The notes under the pieces are model-generated. The model ran no database searches. It saw only the letters and a program-made list of their open reading frames with translations, and was not told the origin of the DNA. DNA of 64,000 nt from Vicugna vicugna (Eukaryota). Both the position numbers and the translations under genes were made by a program. Shown here one piece after another: positions 1-13,342 of the stretch (position 1 is its first letter; each line of letters starts with the position of its first letter). Location of the stretch: positions 694,753-758,752 of the forward strand of contig MU057560.1 in the NCBI GenBank assembly GCA_013265495.1, given 5' to 3'.

Positions 1-1607
1 GTTACGTTCTTGGGGCTACGTCCTGACTCCTGCTGCAGTGACAAACGTTTATGAAATCTCCCAAAGGGCACAGGAGAGAAGGTAGAGAAACGAGGTTCCA
101 GAAAGGGGCCCCTTTAATAGATGTTTCGGAAAGATGTGTCCCCATCGAAGGTCAGAAAACATGCCGTGCAGTTGTACTTGCCTACATCGGAGCGGTTTAA
201 GGGTCCTCGTGGGGTGGCTCCCACTGGGGTTGCAGGGCGGGCTGGGCAGCAGGGTAGGGTCTTGACACCCTCTGGCTCTCTCCCTGTCCTCACGATGGGG
301 CCCTGGGGCCAGGAAGCTGGTTCTTAACAAGCAGGTCAGGTGAAGCTGATGAAGTTGGGGTCACGGGCCCCCAAGAACCCTGCAAACAGCGCATCAGAAT
401 GACCGAACAGCGTGAGCCGGTGCCCGGAGCAGGCAGTTCTCGGGCAGGTTGAGTGAGGGAGGGCGGGTGTCAGTGGGAGCGGAGGTCGGCCGGCTATCTC
501 GGGAGCCCTGGGCTGGGAGTCAGGTCCTGGGGCCCTGGTTTCTCATCCTTTAAACAAATTCCACAGCCCCTTTGGCGAGTTAGCCGCGAGCCTGAGAGAG
601 TTTTGCAAAATCCCTCGCACTAGACCCGCCAGAAAGAGGTCTTTCTAAACCTTCATCAGGAGAATGCAGTACACCTAGCGCTCCATGCCGGGTGTGCGAA
701 CTGCCTGTGAGGTGCTTAATCGTTACCTTTACTGTGAGAGCTGGGAGGTGACATTCTAGGGTGTGTTGGTCCGGATTTGAGAAATAAAATAGAAGAGTCC
801 GTTCGGGGAGAGAAACCAAGCTCGGTGTCCTCCCGGCGATGACAGAAAGGACAAGCAACGTTCTGTCAAAGGCTCGCCCGTGGGAGAAGCCGCGCGAAGT
901 CCCTCAGAGAACGGGCTGCTCCGGGCGTGTCCGCATACCGAGGGGCCAGCCGCTGGAGGAGCCGTGCCCTGGGAGAGGGGAAGAAGACAAATTCCTCATC
1001 TTGTTTTGGCTTGTGCAGCCAGGGAGGGCTGGGATTTTGGAAAGAAAGGCTGTATTTAAGTGCGCCCTTAACTTGATTTACTGCCACTGACAAGCCAGCC
1101 TGAAGCCAGCAGCTCCGTCCGCCCGGACTCCCCGCCTCACCTCCCCGGCTCTGCGAGGGCAAGGCAGCATCACTGTCAGGTGGGTTCCACATGTGACCTC
1201 ACTGCCTTTCACACCCTGGGAGCAAGTGGGGACCGAGCCCGGTGGCTTCAGAACACGCCCGGGACGTGGGCAAAAGGCTCTCTGGGGCCAGTGGAGGTGG
1301 CGAGGGGGCGACCAAATGAACCGCTGGCAGGCGGCAGCTGGGCAGCTGGCTGCTGGGAACCCGAGCGCAGTGTGCTTTCCAGGCACAGCCCGGTGGGCAC
1401 TGTCCACCCGGGGAAGGGCCTCCCCACTTCGGGAACCTGGAGACATGAACCTGGGGGGAGAAAGCCCTGTGTTGCCTCCTCCCCCTTAAGGCTCACGCGG
1501 TATCAGCCCCTGCCCCGGAAGATGTCACTGGAACACAAAATGGAACTTCAGATTTGTGCCTACTCGTTTTCTTACAGTTTCAGCTGCCTTCGTGGATCTC
1601 GAGAAAA

Positions 1608-3330
1608 ATGAATCTTTTATTCATTTATTCATACACGACGCAGGCATCACTCGCATCCATTTACATCAACGGAGCCAGGTCTGTGCGGGGTGCAGGAAGG
1701 ACGCTGTGAACAGGAGAGGTGCAGGTCGGCTCCCCCGGGCTCATCCTTTGCCCAAGAGGATGGCAGCTGGACGAGCCGTGCACCCTGGTGCGATACAGGA
1801 ACCTGCAAAACCAAGTGCAGGTGCGACAGGAAGTCAAAAGCAGAGCGGCCGCCAAGTGCGGGGAGGGGCAGCCTGGAGTGTTTCTGCCCAGACAGCGTGA
1901 GACGTGGAGGACGAGCGTGTGTGAGGTGTCAGCCAGTCTGCAGACAAAGGGAAATAGCAAAGTATCATCTTCAGCTGTTGAGTAACTGAAAAGGTCCGCC
2001 CTGGTGGAAGCGAGTCTGCGTTACGGACAGAAAGTCAGAAAGGAGCCTGACGGCAAAGACACGGAGCCAGCCGTCAACCTGAGGAGGGACTTTGGACCCA
2101 GGTGAACAGAGGACCTGTGAGGGAGACCAGCTGGAGAGGGGCTGCATTAGACCTGCTTTTGAAAGGTCGCTCTGCAGTGCGGGAGGGAGGCAGGGAAAGG
2201 ACTGGAGACCAGCGGGTGTCATGACACAGCAGGTGGCTGTGTCCTGCGGGAGGGTGACGATGGCGGTGCCGAGGGAAGGAGGGGAAAGGGGGCGAGAGGA
2301 CCAGAGAGCCTGCACACCTGACAGAGGTCGGCCACCTGTGGAAGGAGACAGGGGAGGAAGGAGGCTGAGGGGTGGAGAGCTTCCAACTGCAATGCGTTTC
2401 TCAGAAGCCCTGGCCAGGCTGACCGAGAGCCCTGGCGCAAAGGTAGCCCCTTAGAGGAGCCCAGCCTGGGGCGGACGTGGCCGGGAGCCCCCAGCGAGAG
2501 CACGGCCTGGTGTGTGCCTCCCTGCGACCTGAGGGCTGGGCAGCTGGGGACGCCCCATAACCGTGTTCCCAGCAGCAGGTGTTCCTGAAGGGAGTCCTGA
2601 GCAAGTGGTAACCTTGCATCCACACAACCGAGGTCCCTGACTTGGACCTCAGGGGAAGGAGGGTGGCATTTGGGGAGGTCTGGAATAGGGAAGAAAAGGC
2701 AGATTTTTCTGGGGACAGAGAAGTTGACGGTGAGCTCAAAGTTGAATATGGTGGGTTTGGGGATGCCTTTGAGAAATGCGAGAGGAGAGGCGATTTGAGC
2801 TCTGCTTCTGGAAGCCGGAGGAGAGAGGTCAGGGCTGGGAACAGATGCAAGGAGGAGGCAGCATCACGGGAGTGGCACGGGGTCACCAGGGGAGGAGGTG
2901 CAGAAGGACAAGAGAAGAGAAATCAGGGGCAGAATTGTAAGCAAAGCCGCTTTTAAAGAGTGAGCAGAAAGCAAGGAAGCAATAAAGACGGCTTGACGGG
3001 AAAACACTAGATAAGAAATCCGGCCAGTAAAAAGCACCTCCGAAGGAGGCAGAAGAAAACCTAAGCATGGGGAAATTGGTCAGATATTCACAGCAGCCAA
3101 GAGAAATGAGGTTTTAAAGGTCCCTGCTGGGTTTAGATACACAGAGAAACCTCCACAGCTTTGGCAAGAACAGCCAGTGTGTGGATGGAAGGGAGCCCCA
3201 GCGTCACGGCCGGCGGGGAAGGAAACACAGAGCGGAGGGCCTGGTGGAAAGATGCCCGAACGGGGACGAGAGAGAAGGTGGTGCCCAGAAGGGGGGTGGC
3301 GCTGAGGGAGTTTCTGAGTTGTTTGTTTTT
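1608..3330 (-). mobile_element. Highly degraded L2 LINE fragments
   Basis: Starts with the L2 3'-end signature TTCATTTATTCA, followed by L2-like purine-rich segments (TTTTGAAAGGTCGCTCTGCAGTG, TTGGCAAGAACAGCCAGTGTG). Boundaries uncertain. Confidence 0.55.
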
Positions 3331-5081
3331 TCTTTCAATTTTGAGGACACTTGAGATGTCTGCTTAAAGGCAGGAAGGAACCAGCGTACGGGAAACGCTG
3401 GAGCTTTTGGAAAAGGAGCACAAGAGTGAGGCCACGAGGCACCTGCCGGGGGGTACGTGGACCCCAGAGGGGAGGATCCACCCCAGCCAGGAGGGAGGAG
3501 GCAGGGAGGACGGATGCCTGCAGTAATCATATGTTTGCAGCTTCGGGGACGAGCGGACAGAATCTTTACCATATGGTTTTCAAGGTGTGTGCAGTAGGCG
3601 AAACGATCGCATGGCCGTGCGGGAGACGGGGCCAGCGCTTCAGTGGATAAAAGTGGAAACAGTTTTGCACAGAGTGGGAGGCATCAGGGGAACCTGGAGG
3701 GTGGCAGGTGGCTGTGGAAACTGGGTGGAAAGCAACCGTGTCTCTGGTCTACGTGGCAGGCGTGAGCCACACCCTGGACCGGACCTGGGCTCTGGGAACT
3801 CGTTCCGTGCGATAGTAATGAACACTGCCAAATGCCACCTCTCCGGGCTGCTGTAAGCCCAGTGTTCCGGGCCATCAGCCTCGTTTCCCCTGAAAAGGCG
3901 TGCGCCTCCGGGCTGGTGAGCTTGCAGTAAGAGGGGCTTTTGAGACTGGCTAAACTGCCTCTCAGCTCTTTTAAAGAAGATTCAGCGAGATTTTTGAGGC
4001 CCCTTGATAACACATTGGAAAGCCCTAGGTCCGAATCATTGGCTCCCAAGCCACCCACTCGGTTCACTCTTCCCACACCGCCGCCGTTAGCCCGGTTCCT
4101 TAGCCTAACGCGTGCGCGGCCCTCGAAGGTGAGCTGGGCACCATCACTGCTCAACACTCTAAGGAGAAGCCCAGGCCCGCCGTTTGCAAGGAACGCTTCG
4201 GGCACTCTCTCCTTTGCTCAAATGCAAACCCCGTTTACCTGACAGATCGATGTAACAGGGTCCCGGCAGCAGAACTGCCCCTTGGCACCACCCCAGCCTC
4301 CCTGCAGCCCCAGAATCTCCGGCCACAGACACTGACTTGCCCTGGCCCCCAAGAGGGCTCTGGATGCCACTCGGACATGTGAGTTGGACACATGCCACCG
4401 GCAGGAAGATCTTCACCTGTCACGGCCTCTGAGCCCCACTGCTTAGAGACAGTAACTTCCACGTGGGGAGATGCTGTCGGTTAAGGGATATCATTTATAA
4501 GAATCAAGCCAAAAACATCCTTATATTTTGTACTTCAATTCGTGAAGCATTCCATGTGATTATCATGGATTTTTTAACTCTCAAAATTGATTCTTTGCTC
4601 TGACTAATATGCTCCCAAACACAAGCTTTCCCCAAGGTTTTCTTCTTAAATAATGCAGTCTTACTATTTCTTTTTAAGTTTGAAGAGTAGACAATGTTGG
4701 AATGTTACGCAGAAGTACCTCAATGTGGAATTTCTTTCTAATGCAGCAATAGCATTTCAGAGGTCGCCTTGCTAACGTTCAGCATTCCCCCTTACAGTGA
4801 GAGCTGCCTATCTCAGAAAAAAGTTGAGTCCAGTCACCAGCAAATGTCATTTCCTTTAGCGTGAATGTAACATTTGCTTTTTATCATGGTCCTTTTCTTT
4901 GCAGCCACTAAGATGTTGCAAGTTTGTAATCAGTGTAATAGGTGAGGTGCAGAATGTGGATTTTTTTTTATCTAAAGACTCAGGAATTTATCAGAAAGGT
5001 CAGAGAAAGAAATAGAAAGAAAAGGAAAGAAATACCTATTGATTCATGCAGCACGTTCCACAAGGATGTCAACAGTCAGCC

Positions 5082-5226
5082 TTTTTTTTTTAGGAATAAT
5101 TTTTATTTATTTGTTTTGGGGGGAAGTAGTTGGGGTCATTTATTTATTTAATGAGGGTCCTGGGGACTGAACCCAGGACCTCGTGCATGCTAAGCACGTG
5201 CTCTACCGCTGAGCTACACCCTCCCC
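5082..5226 (-). mobile_element. tRNA-Ala-derived SINE (camelid Vic-1-like)
   Basis: Reverse complement GGGGAGGGTGTAGCTCAGCGGTAGAGCACGTGCTTAGCATGCACGAGGTCCTGGGTTCAGTCCCC has A/B boxes and an A-rich tail. Degenerate TSD tgtcaacagtcagccttt (5067-5084) / tgccaacagccacccttt (5227-5244). Confidence 0.9.
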
Positions 5227-5299
5227 TGCCAACAGCCACCCTTTGGTAAGTGTGTGTGGTGCGTGACAGGCTCCCATCCCAGCCTGCACCACGGGAGCC

Positions 5300-5400
5300 A
5301 GACTCTTCCCCGTTTACAGATGAGAACACTGAGGCTCACCCAGACAGACGGGACAGCTCGAAGGGGCAGGACCCAGATTCTGCCTGGTTCCTCCACTGTG
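5300..5400 (-). mobile_element. MIR SINE fragment
   Basis: CCCCGTTTACAGATGAGAACACTGAGGCTCA matches the MIR core. Confidence 0.7.
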
Positions 5401-5743
5401 ATTTTTCTATAATAACTTGCTGCCTCCTGCTGTTTATCTTTGCTCATTTAATCCTCCAAACAGCCTCGCCAATTAGCAGTGACTCTTCCCGTCTTTGCAG
5501 AGGTGACCTGGATACCTTCCTTCTCCGTCTGGGACGTTCAGTTAAATCACGAGCTCGTCCGGAAGCCTCCCTTGGTCGCCTCTGCCTTCCCAGCTCAGGA
5601 GGACTGCACCCCTCCCAGCTGTGCTGTCTGCACCCCTGTCATCACGTCATCCCCACTGGGCAGAAACCACGTAGCTCATGGGTTGGCCTGCTTTCTCCTG
5701 CAGCCTGGGTTTTTCCTGTGGACCATTGCACACTTAAAGACTG

Positions 5744-5772
5744 ATGAACGAATGAATGAATGAATGAATGAA
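5744..5772 (+). repeat. (GAAT)n repeat, probable L2 3' tail
   Basis: atgaacgaatgaatgaatgaatgaatgaa. Confidence 0.8.
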
Positions 5773-8377
5773 ACATTTACTTTGAGAATAAAATACACAA
5801 AATTCAGTGAGAATAGGAATTTGATAAAATTTCTTTGCAGCTGAATTACTAGAGCCCACTGTGGGAGTGGTCTGTCTAATTATGGTTGAAAAGCACCATG
5901 AGGATGACTCTTGGGGTGTCTTTGATTCATAAATGTTTCCTCAGGCAAACTCCAAGCCGTCCGGCTCTCTCCAGTAACAAGCCCAGCGCTTCTGACTGCC
6001 CGTCGCGGTTTACCTTAGGGGCCTGGCCGGTTTCACAAAGTGGAGCGGAGGAAGCCGTGACCCTACCTGTAGTCCCCAAGCCGTGCCGACGGTTTTATTC
6101 AGACGCGGCGCGCTCCTTTTGCTGGGAACCCACATCGTTTTACCAATGTCAGCTAGTTGTGCAGGGCGACCTTACGCTCTGAGAAAACCTGAGTCATCAG
6201 CTTGAGTAAATCTTAAAACCCCCAAAATGTCTAAAGAAGGCAAAAATTGGCATACCCCATTTTTAAGACAAAATTCAAAAGATGTCTCATCGTTCTTTAC
6301 ATCTCAACATTGGCCCTCAGGGCAGCAAAACGCCCCACCTACCACGTTGGTATTAAATGGATAAAGCCGCATCAGAGGAAGAGCTGGTGCGTTTTCCACT
6401 GGTCTGAGTTCAGGGCGTGGTCCTGGGAGACGGTGCTGGGGCTTTAAAGGTCTGAGGAAGGGACCCCAGATTCTTCTGTGCAAGGTTCACGCTCTGATTT
6501 TCCTGTAGTGTTTACTCTGTAATGTGCATGTGCAGAGAGACCACAAAACCCTGCTGGTGTTTATCTGCTCCTGGAGATAAACGTCCCTTTGATAGAGCAC
6601 TCAGTTTCAATGTCAAGCACCGTGCAGTGGTGCCTGGGAATGAGAGGCACTTGCCAGGCATCCTGACACTGTGGATCCCGCTTCAGCAGACGGCGCTACA
6701 GCAGGTCGGGGTTTGCCTCTCTCTGTCTTTAATCATGACGTTGCTTCCACTGTTTCCACAAAAAGCAAACAAATGTCTCCCCTCTTTTTGCCAAGCAGCC
6801 ATGTTAATGTGCACAGAAGAAAGAAAGTAAGTTCACTTTTCAGTCCCTAGAAGTTCACCACCCAGATGGGCATCCACACAGGTCAGAGGAATTGCTCTGT
6901 AGGTTGGCTTGTCAGACACACCCACCGCACAGAAGAAATGGAAAGTGCCCGCTCTCAGCAGGAGGCATTTTCGTCTGAAATCTGCAGAAAGCATCACCAC
7001 GCTGGTTGTCCTGGCGAAGGCTTTGGAGAATACTGCCTGCCTGCCTGAATCCCTCCGGAGGCAGTCCTGGGTTTCCGGAAGAGGCGGGCAGCCTGCTGTG
7101 ACCTCGCCACAACCAGGAAGGCAGCAGCGAGCTTGGTGACAAGATGTCAGCTCCTCTAGCCTCCCTGGACTGCAGCCCGCATCTCCCGGTGACTGCTCAG
7201 TTTCCCAGGTGCTCAGCTCAGTCATAAGGTTCTTGAGGACTCCGTGAAAATGCACTGGGATCGATCCTCCTGTTTGGTGACAGTCCCCATTCAGCAGTGA
7301 AAACAACAGAAGGCGGCAGAGGGTGAATTCACTGCCTAACGTGGCTCCCCCAGATGGCTGGCCCAGGGCGCTCGACATCCCTTTCCAGGATTCCACTCCG
7401 TGGGGTCACCGAGGAGTGAGGCACCTGCTTCACGTGGGCAGCGGGCCCTCAGCTGTCTCTCCCTCCCTCTCAGAGCTGCCCTGCGCTCTGGGATCGGTGG
7501 TTGTGGGGCTGCATTTATAACTGGGTCAAGCGACGGCAATGGAGTGAGTATAAAGTACAGAGTTATCGCTCCTCTGATAAAAACAGGGCCCCGGCATGCT
7601 CTTCATGAGGAAAAGCCACATCGCCGCACTCGCGTGCTGACGGGCCGACCGTGATGACAGGAGGAACCGCAGACTCGGGTCCAGGGAGCCGATCATGACG
7701 GGCCCCCAGCGGACCTGGGCCGACAGCTCGCCCGGAGCCTGGGCCCCAGGCAGGCGCCAGGCCACACTGACCCCTGTGAGGGCGGAGACGTGGCAGGGCC
7801 TCCTCCTTCTCCTCCTCCCAGGCTGGCAGGCAGAGCCGACCCGCTGGGCCCCCCAGCCCAGCGCAGAGCGTTCCGAAGCCCTGGGGGTCTCGAGCTGGGA
7901 GTGGAAGCGCGGAGGCTGGCAGGGTAAGCCCCCGTGGGCTGTTTCAGAAGCAGCGATGCTCAGTCATCATGTGGACCTACGGGCTGCTTAGTCTTTGTGG
8001 CCCCTCCTCCGTCCCCACACCCGCCCTCCACGTTCGTGGGTCCCCTGCAGGCTCATGGAGGGCTCTCCGTTCCTGCAGGGTAATGTGTTTGGCTTTCCTG
8101 CTCACCTTCTTGAGTCTCTGCTTACAGGCCTACACAGGCTCCCCAATGTCTCCCAGATCAAACCGTTCCTGAAGGTGCCTCAGTTCTGGCCCACCTTCCA
8201 GGATCATCTGCTTCTCTCCTCCAAGCCAGACCACATGGTGCCCAAAGCCTATCCCCTTGTCCACCTGCACTTCCTACCAGCTGGGGGCCCAGAGGTTCTT
8301 GGGTTGAGAATGTTCTTTCCCCTTTATTCCCCTGGAGAACGCACCCTCTTTCAAGGACAAGGTCCAGTTCTCCCTCT

Positions 8378-8780
8378 GTCTGTCTGCTAAGGCTGCAGTA
8401 ACAAAGCACCAGCTTGAACAACAGAAATGTATCATCTCCCGGCCCTGGAGGCTGGATGTTTGAGATCAAGGCGTGGGCAGGGCTGGTTCCTTCAGAGTCC
8501 GTGAGGAAGGTTCCGTCCCAAGTGTCTCTCGCAGCTCCTGCTGGCTTGCTGCCAATCTCGGACACCCCTTGACTTGCGGCATCACCTGATTTCACCTTCA
8601 CCTTCACACTCTCCTCTCTCTTTTTATATGGACACAGCCATATCGGATTGAGGCTCACCCCAATGACCTCATTCTAACTCGATCATCTGTAACACCCTGT
8701 TTCCAAGCACACACACAGCCCCAGGTACTGTGGGGTTAGGGCTTGAGCCTGTCTTTCTGGGGATCATAATCAGCCGTAAG
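8378..8780 (-). mobile_element. MaLR solo LTR (MLT1-like)
   Basis: GCTAAGGCTGCAGTAACAAAGCACCA...AACAACAGAAATGTAT...GAGATCAAGGCGTGGGCAGGGCTGGTTCCTTC...ATGACCTCATTCTAAC, characteristic of MLT1. Confidence 0.85.
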
Positions 8781-9924
8781 TCCTTTCCTCACGTTTCATG
8801 CCCCGCCGTTCCAGCCAGGCCCCCCCCCACCGCTGTGGCCCCAGGCACCCCCCCCCCGCTGTGGCCCCAGGCCCTCCTAAGCGCACAGGACGGGGGGAGT
8901 TATCTCTCTTTCTGATCCCCGACCCTCTTCTCGGCGCCCCTTGAGGGCAGAAGCAGCCAGGACATCGTTATGCTGGGTCCCCCAACAAGGCCCCCCAGCA
9001 GGGCCAAGAAAGAAAAATGGCTGTCAGCTTGACAGGTTGTTTTGAGTCCTCCTAATCTTCAAATAGGTGAGTGTTATCTCTCCTCCGGGATTGTAAATTC
9101 CTTGGGGGAGGGCTCCCGGGCCCTTGCTGCCTTCCCGTTTCCCAGGGCCCTGAGCCAGTCGTAGGTCGGGGAGGAAGCCAGAAAGTACTGGATCGGTCTC
9201 ATCACCCGGAAGGTTTCTGGGTCTGCCTGGGTGTTTGTTCGTGAAGAGTCTACGGGGGGGAGCCGGCTTGATCGTTTCAGGACTCGTCTGCACCTCTCAT
9301 AGGAATAGATGGAGAGGCCCGATTTCTTCCTAACTTCGTTCACCTCTAGGAAGAGAATCTTCCTTCCTGGAACTTCTCTGTAAGTGTCTTTTGTCTGAGA
9401 GCACACGGTTGGTATTTTTCGAAATATCTCTCAGTTGTTCATCTTGACCCTTGAAGTGAATCTCTTAGTAAATATTTTTAGCCTTTAAACAAAAGTAGCA
9501 AGTGTCACTAACTAATTTGAGGCCAACCTTCCAGAATACAACATGCGAATCTTCAGGGAAAAGAGCTTCCTGACTGTCACCAACAAGCTGCTTCTTTGCA
9601 ACCGCCCCTGGTCTCAAGTTTCAAGGTGTGCTTAGGAGCCCGCCAGAGCAAACATCCTGCATTTTGTCCTAGGGCTACACCTTCTAATTGATCTAGACAC
9701 TACACAAAGGAAGCCATCGCTCTCCTTATCGGCCCAGGGAGATCAGCAAATGTGCACTTCCTGCTTCCGCAGTAAATGTTGGTTAGGAATTTTCCCTCCT
9801 GTCACAGAAGCCTCTGATTTCCCATATACTGTGCGAGCATCCTTCCTCGGACTGAACGCTCCTGGGAACGGGCACCTGGGGAATGGAACAATGGCTGAGA
9901 GTTACTTGAATCTTGTTGTTTTTG

Positions 9925-10138
9925 TCCGTAAATCACAGCTTTGTTGAGACACAATTAACACACCGTAACATTCACCTTCTCAGATACACAAGTCAGGGGG
10001 TTTCACAGGGTTGGGCAAACCCCCCCACTGCCTGATTCCAGAGCATTTTCATCCCCCAAAAGACATCACTTCCCCGTCCGCAAGCGCCCCCACCCCTGCC
10101 CCTGGCAACTGCTAAGCTCCTTTCTGTTTCTGTGGATA
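9925..10138 (-). mobile_element. Ancient L1 (L1MB-like) 3' terminal fragment
   Basis: CAGCTTTGTTGAGACACAATT...TTCCAGAGCATTTTCATCCCCCAAAAG...CCCCTGGCAACTGCTAAGCTCCTTTCTGTTTCTGTGGAT. Confidence 0.75.
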
Positions 10139-11212
10139 AAGAGGAAGATCAGCTCGAGGGACCAGCTTGTGTATTTAACGCTGTGCTCAATAAACAAGGA
10201 CGAGGTACCAAGACTCAATAGTAAGTCAGTTTAATTTTCTTGGGAACTCCTTCTATGTTATCCAGAGAAAAAAAAAATGTGACTTTTCATTAGGACTGAC
10301 GGATTCATTTAGTCCCCATGCCTGAGGGCGAGACCAGAAAGGAAGCCTTGACACCCGGTCCTCAGTGCCTCAGGACTCCTGGGAGCCCAAAAACGTGGGG
10401 GTGAATCCGTGGCCAGCCGGAAGCGGGCACTCGGGTCAGAGAGGGCTCGTCCTCAGAGCATGATCGTGTGAGCAACAGACCCGGCAGACGGCGCTGGGTC
10501 CAGGCGCTCAGCTCCTCCAGCAAAGTCCCAGCGCCCTGAGCCCCGGCTGATTCCCGGCTCAGTGCTAACAGAGCTTGGGTGGGCCGGTCCCCCAGCGGGG
10601 TGTGCTGGAGGCCAGACCTGAATTTCCAGTTTCTTTCAGCATCACTTCCCCTTTCGTGCTGGATGAAATCAGTAGCTGAATAAACCCTTTCCTAGGATGG
10701 CTTTGGTGTGTAAAAATCGCAGCTCAGAGGAGTTTGGGGAGAAAGTAGACAGTCACCTGTCCGTTGTTTACTCAACATGCACTGATGGTTGCCTTGGAAA
10801 GCGCACACACACTGCTTTCTGGAGGAGAGGCTGCAGTGGATCCAGACGCTGTCCTCGGGAGCTCATGGTCACTTTAGAATACGTGAGAGAAGCAGGAAGA
10901 GGGGGCACACTCACCAACAGCCACGTTAGACGCGGAAACTGACATGTCTAGGAGCCAAGGCTGGAGAAGAAATGGGTTTAGAGTAGGAAGAAATTATTTC
11001 CACCGAGTTGATGCAGTCTACAACTACCCACCCCTCACCGTACACGCATGTGCGAGCCTGCACACAGGTGCACGCGCACTCGGAGGAAACTCCCCGATCA
11101 CTGAGCACCACGGCTGGTCAGATGCTCTGCTCCTCGCCTTATGTGCATATCCCCCTCTGCCTTTCAGTAGCCCCAAAACACAGAAGTGGAGTTATTCACT
11201 TTCTTCCCCAAG

Positions 11213-12792
11213 GAAAAGAAGAAGAAGAAGGGAATCCAAATTGGAAAAGAAGTAAAACTGTCACTGTTCACAGATGACACGATTCTATGCATAGAAAATC
11301 TGAAAGCCACTACCATAAAATGACTAGAGCTCATCAGTGAAGTTGGTTAAGTTGCAGGGTACAAAATTACTGTACAGAAATCGGTTGCATTTCTTTACAC
11401 TAGCAACAAAATATCAGAAAACGAAATTAAGGAAACAATCCCATTTACCACTACATCAAAAAGAATAAAATACCTAGAAATAAACCTACCTAAGGAGGCA
11501 AAGGACCTGTACTCCAAAAACTATAAGAAACTGATGAAAAAGACATTGAAGATGACATAATCAATTGGAAAGATATACCATATTCTTGGATGAGAAGAAT
11601 CAATATTGTTAAAATAATCATACTACCCAAGGCAATATACAGATTGAATGCAATTCCTATCAAATTACCAATGGCATTTTTCACAGAACTGGAACAAAAA
11701 ATGTTAAAATTTATATAGAAACACAAAAGACCCTGAATAGCCAAAAACGATTTTTTTTTAAACACTCTTGAGAAAGAAGAATGGAGCTGGGGAAATCATG
11801 CCCCCGATATCAGACTATACTACAAAGCTACAGCAATCAAAACAGTATGGTGCTGGCACAAACACAGACACACAGATCAAGGGAACAGGGTAGAAAGTCC
11901 AGAAATAAACCCACACACTTATGGTCAATTACTCTATGACAAAGGAGGCAAGAATATACAATGGAGAGAAGACAGTTTCTTCAACAAGTGGTGCTGGGAA
12001 AACTGGACAGCTGCCTGTATGAAATTAGAACATTTTTTAACACAATATAAAAAATAAACTCAAAATGGATTAAAGACTTAAATGTAAGACTGGATACTAT
12101 AAACTTCCTAGAGGAAAACATAGGCAGAACACTCTTAGGCATAAGTCACAGCAATATTTTTTTCAAACCAGCTCCTAGAGTAATGGAAATAAAAGCAAAA
12201 TTAAACAAACAGGACCTAATTAAACTTAAAAGCTTTTAACCACTAAGGATACCATCAATAAAACAAAAAGACAATGTATAGAATTGTAGAAAATATTTGC
12301 AAATGATATGAGCAACAAGGGACTAATTTCCAAAATATATAAACAGGTCATACACTTTAATATCAAAGAAACAAGTAACCCAATCCAAAAATAGGCAGAA
12401 GATATAAATAGACATTTCTCCAAAGGAGGTATCCAGAGGACCAGCAGGCACATGCTCAGTATCGCTAATTATCAGAGAAACGCAAGTCAAAGCTACAACA
12501 AGGTATCACCTCACACTGGTCAGAATGGCCATCATCAAAAGGTCTATAAATAATAAATGCTAGAGAGGGTGTGGAGCCCCTATGGAGGGCAGTATGGGTT
12601 CCTTAAAAAAACTAAAACTAGACTTACTATATGATCCAGCAATCCCACTTCTTGGCAGATATCTGGAAGGAACTTTAACTTGAAAAGATACATGAACCCC
12701 AATGTTAACAGCCACACTATTTACAACAGCCAAGACATGGAGGCAACCCAAATGCCCACTGACAGATGACTGGATAAAGAAGATGTGGTGTG

Positions 12793-12826
<34 letters not shown>

Positions 12827-13342
12827 AATACTACTCAGCCATAAAAAAGAACAAAATAATTCCATTTGCATTAATATAGATGGCCCTGGAGATTATCATT
12901 CTAAGTGAAGTAAGTCAGACAGAGAAGGAAAAATACTATATGATATCACTTACATGTGGAATCTAAAAAAAGTAAAAAGACACAAATGAACTTATTTACA
13001 AAACAGAAACAGAGAAGAGCCACAGGCATAGAGAACAGCCTTATAGTTACCAGTCAGGAGAAGGGGATGGCAAGGGATAAATTGGGAGTCTGAGATTTGC
13101 AGACATGAACTACTAAATGCAAAATAGATTAACAGCAAGCTGCTTCTGCTCAGCACAGGGAACTATATTCAGTATCTTGCAGTAATCTATACTGGAAAAG
13201 AATATGAGAAGGAATATATGTATGTACATGCATGACTGAAACATTATGCTGTACACCAGAAATTGGCACACTGTAATTGTAAATTGACTAAACTTCAATA
13301 GTATAATTAATTAATTAATGGGAAAAAAACAGCAAAAAAAAG
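11213..13342 (+). mobile_element. 5'-truncated LINE-1 (degenerate ORF2 RT/C-terminal region plus 3'UTR and A-rich tail)
   Basis: GGAATCCAAATTGGAAAAGAAGTAAAACTGTCACTGTTCACAGATGAC matches the L1 RT region (GIQIGKEEVKLSLFADD-like). Typical L1 ORF2 DNA with frameshifts follows, ending GCTGTACACCAGAAATTGGCACA...A-rich. Confidence 0.95.
12796..12824. repeat. (CA)n microsatellite within the L1
   Basis: Perfect AC run of ~14 units. Confidence 0.95.

Noticed and set aside
11213..12910. L1 ORF2 as an active reverse transcriptase gene
   Set aside because: 5'-truncated, with frameshifts, stops, internal deletions and an inserted (CA)n.
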